A DNA stretch of 64,000 nt, taken from NCBI RefSeq assembly GCF_009914755.1, contig NC_060943.1; one strand, given 5' to 3'. The notes below the pieces were generated by a model. That model had not been told where the DNA came from and did not search any database. It saw only the letters and a program-made list of their open reading frames with translations. The position numbers and the translations under genes were made by a program. Positions 41,086 through 57,560 of the stretch are shown here, in pieces. Positions within the stretch are counted from its first letter, which is position 1, and each line of letters begins with the position of its first letter. Source of the DNA: the human T2T-CHM13v2.0 reference genome, Homo sapiens.

Positions 41086-41162
41086 CTGATAGTCAATGAA
41101 TAAAGGAATTAAGTATATAACTGATAATCAATGAATAAAGGAATTAAGTATACACCTGATAA
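41086..41162. repeat. 35-bp tandem duplication
   Basis: CTGATAGTCAATGAATAAAGGAATTAAGTATATAA / CTGATAATCAATGAATAAAGGAATTAAGTATACAC / CTGATAA. Confidence 0.95.
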
Positions 41163-41507
41163 ACCTAAGTCTTAAAACGGTAAGGAAGGAAAGGATAAAC
41201 ACTAGATTGCAGATGCTGGTGCGTGCACGCGGGGTATTGGCAGGGAGATGGGGCGGGCAGGAGCCTATAGATGGGGAAATTTACTATGAATGTTCCAGTT
41301 CGTGGGTTGCTGGTGACTGAATGAGAAATAGCGCATGCTTTCAAGGGTCAGGGTGCTTTGGTAGGGAGGGAGGGACATTTTCTAATGGGAGGAGGCGGGC
41401 GCCTAGGCCTTGGGCCAGCTTCCTTTTGCCCAGAGTACAGTGGGGCGCGGGATCCCACCGTAGTCCTGACCAGGGAGGCCAGCCTAGGGCCGGCCTGTGG
41501 GACTCAC

Positions 41508-41801
41508 CTGGTGGTGCAGCAGGCCGGTGGAGTCGCGGAACCCCTTGGGGCAGGCAGAGCAGCGGTAGGGCCGCTCCCCGGTGTGCGAGCGCAGGTGGTT
41601 GGCTAGGTTGAAGCTGTGCTTGAAACCCTTGCCGCAGCGCGGACATGCGTGGGGCTTGAGCGCTGTGTGCCGGGCAAAGTGGCGCCGCAGGTCTGAGCGG
41701 TAGCGGAAGCTCTTGCCACATTCACTGCAGTGAAACGGGACCCTGGGGGCGGCAGCGGCGGGCGGTGCTGGTGCAGGGGTTGGGGCGGGGACGTCATCCA
41801 T
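41508..41801 (-). CDS. FIZ1: FLT3-interacting zinc finger 1, coding exon A (codons 1-98)
   Basis: Perfect Kozak GCCACCATGG; MDDVPAPTPAP.. with C2H2 fingers; donor CAG|GTGAGT at 41508/41507; upstream acceptor ..CTACTCCAG at 41838/41837. Confidence 0.95.
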
Positions 41802-43409
41802 GGTGGCGGGGAATACAGTGGTATGTGGGGGCTCTCTCTGGAGTAGTGGGGAGACAGAGGAGCAGGTGAGGGGGTCGGCTCCCCATCAGCTCTCTCCTCC
41901 CAGGTTCCCAGACCCACCACCTGTCCCCTGGGAGACCCTCCCACTGCCCACCTCTCTAAGCCACTCTCATTGTTCTTTAAAATCCTCCTACTCTCTTAGA
42001 AACCCTTCTCTCGCGGCTCCACGCCTGTGGCAAAATCTTCCTAATCACTTCATAGTCTCCTCACTCCACGGAGTGTTTTTAAGCCTCTCCTCGCTCTTCG
42101 CCAATGCGCGGCCACTGCTCTCTGTGCCCCTCCCACTGTAATTTAAGCCTCTCCCACTCTTCCTTAAGTCCCACCTACTCCCTTCAAAGTCCCCCACAAT
42201 GTTCCCTAAGGATCTTGTATTCTTTGCCAAGCCCTTTTCCTTCCAAAAGGCCCTCCCACTCCCCTCTAAGCTCCTCCCACTCCTCTTCCAGGATGACCAC
42301 TTAGCGAATGGGAGGGCAAAGATTTGGGGCTAAGCACACTGGAGTCATCCTTGCAGGGAGACCAGAATTAGTCCTGTAACATCAGATAATAAAAATTCTT
42401 CATCTGTAAAATGGGAATAGTAGTACCTACCTCATGGAGTGGTGGCGAGAATTAAGTAAAATTGTGGCAATAAATGCTACGTGCCTACTTAAGCTGGTGC
42501 ACAGCAAAGACGCAACAAGTAAGCTGTTTGGATGACTATTATCCCGTAAGTTCCTCCTGGATTCCTCCTTAAGTCCTACCATGATTGCTAAGTTATTTGA
42601 CTTATCTAAGCCCCTCTCGGGTCCACTAAGACCCACTTCCAAAACTCCACCCAATTTTTCCTTTAAAGAAGCCACATCCTTTCTAAGACTCTCCACTGGA
42701 CTCCCGTCACCTTCTCAGGCCTTCTCTACGAAGTCTATTCCCATCCCCTGCAAGTCCTTTCCACATTCATTATAAAGACCTGATAGTTGCATTAAACCCC
42801 TCCAAATTACACCCTTAAACTCCACCCCCCTCACTAGGCCTACCTACTTCTCTAAGCCACACCCCAGACAAACTCCATCCCTTCTACTCTAAACTCCTCC
42901 CTCCTGCTTCCTGGGCTCCCTTTACCCAACCAGCCTCAATGAGTTTCCTTCCACCCCTCAATCCAGGGCCTACCCACCATTCCTTCTGAGCCACGCCCCT
43001 TTATCAAACCCCACCTCTTTGCCTAAGACCCTCCCATTTTCTATCCAGACTCTCCCTCCTCCACGCCCCTCCCACTTCCACTCTAAGCTCCGCCCAACTC
43101 AGGCTCCTCCCAGCCCTTGCTCCGCCCCAGCAGCCACTAGGCCCCGCCTCCTCCTCCACCCCGCAGCCTGAGGAGCGGGCCCCCCCACTTGCCCAGTCTG
43201 CTCCAGGCCCCAGGCCCCGAGAGCCGGCCTTTTGTGCCCCTCCCCCTGCCCCTAAAAGGTGCAGCCCTGAGCGCCCGGTTGGGGGGCAGGTCGGGCAGGC
43301 CCCGGGGCCAGGCGAGTCCACCTCGCTCGTACGGAGCGTTGGTCCTGGAGACCCGGGGCGGCCCCGGGAGGCCGGGGAAGTCCGTCGGCTTTCCTCTTTA
43401 ATTACTTAC

Positions 43410-43470
43410 ACCTCCCTCTGGGCGCCGACATTTTGGGCAGCGGGGGCAGCGTCACTTCCACCCGGGGGGC
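43410..43470 (-). other. FIZ1: FIZ1 non-coding exon 1 (5' end approximate)
   Basis: Minus-strand donor TGT|GTAAGT at 43410/43409 inside the CpG island. Confidence 0.65.
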
Positions 43471-44259
43471 CCCTCGACTTCCGCCTCAGCTCCCTTCCCC
43501 CGCCGTACTCCCCCTTTCTCCCGCCCTCTTGGCTCCCCTTCCTCATCCCCGCCCTTCTCCCTCTTTCCCTTTCCTTTCCCAGCCCTGGAGGTTGAAGAAG
43601 CCAGGTCCGCGCCATCTTGGGTGAGGGCAGCGGGAAGGGGCGGGGCTTAGGGACACCCACGGCGCCATACAGACTAAGGGCAAGGAGCTGAGAGCGAGGC
43701 GGCTTCTCCGTGGCGACACTAGGCGATGCTAACGTAAATGAGAGCAGATACTATTTCTTTTTCACAGCCTCGGACTCCTCCGATTAGGATGTACAGTTGG
43801 ACTAGGGAAAAAAAAAGAAAGCGAAGTGCGCCAACTGCAATACAGAGCTGGAAAAGACCGGCACCATCTTATCCCCTTAGCACTCCATGGGCTTCGAAGC
43901 CTGTCCGGTGCCATGTTAATTACGGGCACTGGGCAGCCATTTTCCCGCTCCTCATCATTCGGTATCTGTCTTTGGGTCACCCGACTGTGTGCTTTGTGAG
44001 AGGAAAGGCGTTTCGAGGTGGTTGGGGATGTGGTGCTGGGTTATTTCCCACTGGGGACACACCAGGGCCGCCGGTGCGCAGGCGCGGCTTCCGGGCGTGG
44101 CCGCGACCGGTCGTTAGGACCCAGCGAGTCCCCTTTGTTTCCCGCGGGCGCGCAGGCGGGCGGGAAGGGCAGGAAGGGAGGGGCCCGGCGCTTCTCCGAG
44201 GGGCGGGGCCGGCACCGCGCGCCGCCGCCCCCGCCTCGCCGCCGCCGAGGGGCAGGGCC

Positions 44260-44344
44260 CCCTCACCCCCTCCCCTTCCCACGCGCCGGCCCCGTTGCCC
44301 CCGCGCGCGCGCACACTCGCGAGCCCCGGCGACATGCAAATGAG
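44260..44344 (+). other. ZNF524: ZNF524 exon 1 (5' end approximate)
   Basis: Candidate donor GAG|GTACCC at 44344/44345 in the CpG island; the donor is weak, so the boundary is inferred. Confidence 0.5.
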
Positions 44345-46047
44345 GTACCCGAGAGGCGGGGGGCGCAGGCGGGAGGGGGTTGTGAGGGTAGGGGAGGCCG
44401 GGCCGCGCGCTCCCGGAGCGCGCCTCCAACACCTGTTCCTGCTCCCGCGCTCGCGCCCCGAGAAGCCGTCCGGGCGCGCGCGCGCAGACCCCCTTCCTGG
44501 CAGCCCCCGCCGCCCGCTTACCCGGCGCCGCTCATTGGCCGTCGCCCCCGCAGGGCCCGCCCCGCGCTTGGGCTTCGCAGCTCGGGGGCCGATGGGCGCG
44601 TCAGTACCGGGGCGAGGGGACGGGGAGGGTCGGGGGACCAGTCTCCCCCTTTCCACCGTTCCAAAGACCAGACTCCTAGACTAGGCTACCCCGTGGGAGC
44701 GAACCGTATGGAAAGGTGGTTGCTCCTCTCTGGACAGCAGTCTATGTGGCTGTTAAAGGGGAGGGGGGGGTGCAGGGGGGCACCTGCAGCACCTGCTTCC
44801 AGCTGCACCTGTGCCTCCCCTTCCCCTCCGTTACACCCCAATCCCATGCTCCCAGTATCTGAGTGGGCGCCGGGAAGATGGTGGTGGCGTTGGTGAAGTT
44901 TATTGAGTGCTTACTGTGCACCAGGCAGTGTTCGAGGGGCATTTTAAAGCCCACTGTCTTATTCGATTCTCCTGACAACCCTGGTTTATTCACTTTTCAG
45001 AGGAGGAAACTGGCAAAGTCAATTGCTAGTTATAGGCAGAGCTGAATTCAAACCCAGGACTGAGCCCTCGTAATGTCCCCTTTCCTCCTTGGGTTTATTT
45101 GTTCTCCATTCTCTGGGACATTCGGGTCACAAGACCTGTTTCCAGTTTTGGCCCTGCCATTTACTGGCAGAGGAACTTAGGCAACTGACTTGGCTTTCCT
45201 GTGCCTCAGTTTCCCCATCTGCAAAATGGGACAGATATGCCCTATTCAGAGGGTTGATGTGAGGCTTAGCTGCTCCTGATAACAATGGCTAATGTGTCCT
45301 GAAAGCTTCTGTGTATGAACACTTTGTGGGTATTATGCTCATGGCATGTCTGGGCAAGTACGTAGAACTATGTGTCCCATTTTGCAAAAGTCTTGATTAA
45401 GGCTTAGAGAAGCGAACACCTTGCCCAAGGCCACGCAGAGAGTAAAGATTTGAACGAATGATGTCTTGACTCCAGGGCCCAGGCTCTTAACATCGCAGAT
45501 ATGTTTCCTCATCCAGGAATCAGGGTCAAATATCACCTGGGACCAGTCCCTTTTTTCCACTCCGGAACCCCTTCCCCACTTCTGCCAGTAAGCAGGGAGG
45601 GATGAGAGCATTCGTGAGGCCTCTATGGCTCTGGAGTTTGATGGGCTCTCCGTTTCAAGGATCACAATATGGTCTGCACTCTCAGTTGGACTCTATCCTC
45701 TCTGGAAGGTTTTTTTTTTGTGGGGAGGTGGGGAGGGGTGTTGCTCATGTTGATCTTGAACTTCTAGATCCAGAAGGAGAGTTAGGGAGGCATAGGGATG
45801 TCTGGTGGAGCTCAGGGAAGTGCCTGTTTATCAGCTGATACAAGATCATCTCACTGTTTTACCCACCAGCATAGCTAAAATTGTGTATCTGGATGAATGT
45901 CAAACACACCTTTGTCAAGAGACTTGGAGAGAGGGATGGGCGAGGTGTTGGGGGACACAGGGGTGCTCTAGACCCTGTGAGCACTGACTCTGCCCCTCTC
46001 TCCTCTTAGCTGGCTCCAGTGCCCAGACCCAAGCCCCCCACTGCTCA

Positions 46048-46842
46048 ATGGACACCCCCAGCCCAGACCCGTTGCCTTCGCCTTTGCCCGGGGAGGAAGA
46101 GAAACCTCTGGCCTTATCTCCTCCTGTTCCCCGGGGCCGCCGAGGCCGTCGTCCTGGGGGAGCCACCTCCTCAAATCGGACACTCAAGGCCTCCCTCCCT
46201 CGCAAGCGGGGCCGCCCCCCCAAGTCAGGGCAGGAGCCCCCACTGGTGCAGGTGCAGGGGGTGACAGCCCCAGTAGGCAGCAGTGGCGGGAGCGACCTCC
46301 TCCTGATCGATGATCAGGGTGTGCCCTATACGGTCTCTGAAGGTTCAGCGGCTGGGCCTGAGGGCTCTGGCCCCAGGAAGGCCCCACACTTCTGCCCGGT
46401 GTGCCTGCGGGCCTTCCCCTACCTCTCCGACCTGGAGCGCCACAGCATCTCGCACTCAGAGCTGAAGCCGCACCAGTGCAAGGTTTGCGGCAAGACCTTC
46501 AAGCGCTCCAGCCACCTGCGGCGGCACTGCAACATCCATGCCGGCCTGCGGCCCTTCCGCTGCCCGCTGTGCCCCCGCCGCTTCCGCGAGGCGGGCGAGC
46601 TGGCGCACCACCATCGCGTGCACTCGGGGGAGCGCCCGTACCAGTGCCCCATCTGCCGGCTGCGCTTTACAGAGGCCAACACGCTCCGGCGCCATGCGAA
46701 GCGCAAGCACCCGGAGGCCATGGGGGTACCCCTGTGTGCACCAGATCCAGGGTCTGAACCGCCGTGGGACGAGGAGGGCATCCCGGCCACAGCAGGGGCC
46801 GAGGAAGAGGAGGAGACAGAGGGGAAAGGGGAGCCGGCCTGA
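46048..46842 (+). CDS. ZNF524: Zinc finger protein 524 (264 aa, AT-hook plus 4 C2H2 fingers)
   Basis: [23 protein letters not shown]..; AT-hook RKRGRPPK; four tandem fingers; branch point CTGAC and pyrimidine tract to the acceptor TTAG| at 46009/46010. Confidence 0.95.
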
Positions 46843-47052
46843 CCCACACCCCCGGCCATCGCTCCCTGGGCCAGGTTTAGAGCAGGGAGTTTGGCTGGTG
46901 CTGGGCCTGAGCCAGGGGGCCGGGACACCCTTGTTTCCGGTGGTCTTCCCGTTGTGGGAGCAGGTGGAGGGTGGAGACCTAAACTTTGGGGTCCAGCTGC
47001 CTTCAGCCCCCCTCCCCCAGACTAACAGACCCTTGGAGGCAGGGGCTGTGGA

Positions 47053-47058
47053 AATAAA
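47053..47058 (+). terminator. ZNF524 polyadenylation signal AATAAA
   Basis: AATAAA about 210 nt after the stop, followed by a GT-rich downstream element (GTGTGTGTTCC). Confidence 0.85.
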
Positions 47059-47267
47059 TCTCTGCCTGCTGGCTGCCTGTGTGTGTTCCGTGCCGGGATG
47101 CCATCCTCTCCTGCCTTCAAATGTTCTTCCTCGGCTACACCGTCCTGTCGGGAGTGCGGGGAATTGGAGAGGACCCCACTTCCTGTGCCTCATGAGCGTG
47201 GTGCTCGCCAAAGAATGGTTTTGGGGGGAACCTTGGCCCCTTCCCCGTCTCCATCAGACCCCAAAGT

Positions 47268-47485
47268 CCATGGGTCCCTCGGAGTCCGCGGGGAATTGGT
47301 TCCACGAACCTCGCAGATACCAAGATCTGGGCATACACAAGTCCAGCAGTGGGCCCTGCGGAACCCGCGGATGTAGGAAAATCCGCCCTTCGTATACTGT
47401 ATGTTCCACCGGTGTTTGGGTGAAAAAACGTCCGCCTCTCAATGGACCTGCAGTTCAAACCCCTGTTGTTCAAGGGTCAGCTGTA
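47268..47485 (+). mobile_element. MER8 (Tigger family) DNA transposon
   Basis: GTCCCTCGG..GGGGAATTGGTTCCA..GGCCCTGCGGAACCCGCG..CAGTTCAAACCCCTGTTGTTCAAGGGTCAGCTGTA. Confidence 0.8.
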
Positions 47486-47775
47486 TTCCCAGTACACATC
47501 CAATCTAACTAAAAACATTGAACCTTCCATGCAGACCTGACTGTAGGTCCGACCGCCTCTCTCCTAGCCAATTCCCAGAAATTCTGCAGCCACTTTGCCC
47601 CACCTCCTTGTCCTGAGGACCTACTGTTTGGAAGGAAAAATTAAGACAAAGGTATGAGCAGGACGGTCTGGGTAAGGTTTAGAGATAAGGGGTGTGGATT
47701 GGGGCGGGGCTAAGGAGCGAGGGGTGGGGCTGAGATTGCGGGGCAGTTAGGCTGGGACCTGGGGCGGGGGCTTAG

Positions 47776-48549
<774 letters not shown>

Positions 48550-49299
48550 TGAGGGGCGGAGCTTATAATAATTCAGCTCTGAGGTGGGCGTGGTTCAGGG
48601 CCGAGGGCCGGGGGCCGGGGGCCGGGGCTTAAAGGAGAAACTCTGAGGGAACAGGGTATTGGAGGTGGGACTTAGAAGGTGCTGATGGGGGCGCACGACT
48701 GCTATGGAGGCGATGGGGAGAGAAGGAAGTACTTAATCTAAGGGAAGTTCCTGGGAGAGTGGAAGCTTAGCAGGAGGGGCTGAATGGGTCTGGGTTTGGC
48801 TGTTTGGGATGGGGCTGAGTTGGGAGCCGGGATTATAGCGATTATATGAGCGGGCAGTGTCAAGTGTGGTAAATCCATGGCTCTTGACCAGCATGCAGCA
48901 GAATCAGAGTATTTCAAAACACGGATCCCTAGACCCCCAACCCCAGGGCTTCTATTCCGCATGGTCTGAGCAGGCAGCCGGATGCTGCTGGCCTCCCAAC
49001 TATCCTTGACAACCACCGATTTAAAAGAATGCTTTAGAGGTGGGAGGCACTCAAAAGTCACGAGGTGCAACTTAAATGCTATGGGGTGAAGGGGCGGGGC
49101 TTGGATGGAGGGGGCGGGGCCTAGGGAGGGGTGAAGTTCCAGAGAGTGGGAGCTTGGAGAGGGGGAAGAACAGGAGAAACTGCATGAGGGCGAGGGGACG
49201 AAGACAGACTTTGAGGCAGTAGGGGGCTTATAATCACGCTGTGAGATGGGCGTGGTTCAGGGCCAGGGGGCGGGGCTTCAGTGTGAGACCCGAGCCGGA

Positions 49300-49800
49300 G
49301 GTGTGGCTTAACCGGACGCCCAGAGCGTGTCGCGGGGTTCCCGTAGAAGAGGCGGGCATTCAAAGCGCAGGCGCACCTGGCTCAGTTCGCCCACCGGAAT
49401 CGGCCCGGGCTTTCACTGCTCGCGTCCCCGAGTCAGTGCGCAAGCGCATTTCCCCCCTCCTGGTCCCCGCCACCGCCTCCTCTTTCCGATCCTCCACGCC
49501 GGCGCCTCGGGAACGGGCGCGACTTCCGCTTCCGGGCGGGCGGGCAGGCGGGCGGTGCGGGGCTGCCGGGGAGGGGGGAGGGGGCGGCACTTCCGGTCGG
49601 GCCCTCGGGTCTCCCCGGAGCGGCGGCGCCTCCTCCGCCTCCTCGGCCTCCTCCCGGCGGAGACCCCGGCGCCGGTGAGTGACGGGGTGCGTGGCCCGGG
49701 GGCCCGGGTGCAGCGGGGGCGGGGGGCCCCGCCCTGGCCCGCTGTGGTCCCCAGAACGTCCCCCAACCCCTAGCAAGTCAGTGCAGCTCCCGCCGGGCCC
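49300..49800 (+). promoter_or_regulatory. ZNF865 CpG-island promoter
   Basis: NRF1-type GCGCAGGCGCA (49365-49375) and TGCGCAAGCGCA (49437-49448); ETS sites CTTCCGCTTCCGG (~49523) and CACTTCCGG (49588-49596). Confidence 0.85.
49590..49674 (+). other. ZNF865: ZNF865 non-coding exon 1 (5' end approximate)
   Basis: Donor CCG|GTGAGT at 49674/49675; pairs with the acceptor CTCTTCACAG| at 57534/57535. Confidence 0.75.
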
Positions 49801-51225
49801 TTGCCAAGGGACCCCCAATCACTGCTCCCCGGTAGGATCACTGCAGATAGCTCCCCCATGAACGCCCCCAGCTAGGATGGCTGCCAAAGCGCTTTCATTC
49901 GTGGCGATCCCCTAAACGGCTGCCAGGGCCCCCAAATGATATCTCCTCGTAGGATCCCCTCCACATAGCGCTCCCCGTCATTGCTTCCTCCAGGTCAGCC
50001 TCCAGATGCCATCAGCATTGCCCCTCCCCATGTAGGGCAGCTGCTCGTGAACCCTCTTATTAGTATCCTCTATATAATTCTCCCCAGAGTGTTTCCTTAG
50101 TGCCTTGCAGCAGAACTGTCCCCCGTTATCTCTGTCCATACAGCAACAGCCCCCAATGGCCCTGACCACCTCCCTCCCCAGCAGAACGCCCCTTCGTGGG
50201 TGTGAAAATACTTTCTATTCTGGTCAGCACCAAGAATGCCTTTTTCCCTTCTGCAGGTCCTCCAGTGATTCCCCTTAAGAATGCCCCTTTCAAAGCCACC
50301 CCCCCATCGCAGCGGCACAGCTCCCTCTAGAGTTCCTTCACACTCACATCCTCTCCCGCCTCAGGTAGAAATATCCGCCTGCTTAGCTCCAGGCTCCCAT
50401 GACATACTCCCGTACCTCCTCTCACCCCACCCTCATCGCGGTCAGCCCGTCTTCATTACTTCTGCCACAGAACAGTGTCCCGCAGTGAGGCGGTGAAGCC
50501 TTCCTTCCCAGAATGTGCCTCATCCTCTTCCTATGGCGTGAACAACTGTTGCCCTGACCTGCAGCTTCTCACCCAGCTCTCAGGCTATCGTCCTGGACTC
50601 CCTAGGGAAGACCCTGGACTTCACTAGGGTGTGACTTCTTTTCTCGTAGGCATTCCTTCTGCGTTGAACGCATATTCACTATTCTAGCTGAAGGGTATAA
50701 TATACAGCCACGAAGGGGGTCGATACACACAGTGTTCTCACTGTGCGGGGTCTCACAGTCTAGTTGATCAGACACGAGTCGACAAAGATACACGGGGTTT
50801 TGTGGGTTCTCTGAGAGCCTGATGAACTACTTTAGAGGTGAAAGCTGAATTACAAGTGGCAGCTTAGCCATGCAAAGATCTGGGTGAGCAGGCAGCAAGA
50901 ACAACAAGTGCAAAGGCCCTGAAGTGGCGGTGAGCACGGTGAGTGGAGGAGCAGCAGGGGAGGCCGATGAGGGTGGAGTGGAAGATTTGAAGGCAAGAAC
51001 AAGAGGAAGGAAGCTTTGGTCTCAAAAGGCTTTGGAGGTGAGGGCACTGGGATAAATTATCTAGCCTTTGTCAGCTCTACCGAGCCCAGAATGTTCTTCA
51101 TTCATTCATACGTTCATTCGTAAACACTGGTTGAACAACTGTTTAATGAGCACCTACTTTACATTGGGGGTACAACAGAGAACAAAATAGACAAGAATCC
51201 CTGTCCTCATGGAGTGGATATGCTA

Positions 51226-57182
<5,957 letters not shown>

Positions 57183-57560
57183 ATAGAGGGCCTGCAGGTG
57201 GTGTGGAGGAGAGGGTCCCCTCTACAAAGCTGTGTCAGGACCCCAGAAAAGATGGGGAGAGATGGAAGGAATTAGAGAAGGAAAAGAGGTGGGGAGTGGG
57301 TGGGAGTTGAGAACACAGAGAGGGAAGGTGAAGGTGAGTAGGAGAGTCCTGGGGCCAGGGAGCCAAGAGGAAGGGCTGCCCTTTGGGGTGGACAGGCAGA
57401 GGGACTGGAAGCCTAAATCTGGAAGGCTAGGGGGTGATCCGCACAAGGATGGATGAGTGGGCGCACAGCTCCATTCACCTGCGGGGAGACCCAGCGCCGC
57501 GGCCGTGTCCTCAGCCCCGTCCTCCTCTTCACAGGGTCTCCCGTCTCCCACCCGCCGGAG

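Larger units (their letters stand above)
43100..44720. promoter_or_regulatory. Bidirectional CpG-island promoter of FIZ1 (-) and ZNF524 (+)
   Basis: Very high CpG density; ETS-CRE GGAAGTGACG (- strand, 43450-43459), YY1 CGCCATCTT (43610-43618), GC boxes, CTCGCGAG (44316-44323), octamer ATGCAAAT (44334-44341); divergent first-exon donors. Confidence 0.85.

Noticed and set aside
43738-44896. 201-aa and 292-aa ORFs in the CpG island
   Set aside because: Low-complexity Arg/Gly/Pro translations typical of CpG islands
46538-47512. 324-aa ORF overlapping the ZNF524 3' half
   Set aside because: Runs through the poly(A) site into MER8; no recognisable protein features
50224-50240. TCAGCACC as a REST/NRSF site
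   Set aside because: Only the left half-site is present; the GGACAG right half is missing
57453-57560. 36-aa N-terminal extension of ZNF865 in the ORF track
   Set aside because: The ATG at 57453 is upstream of the strong acceptor at 57534 and so intronic
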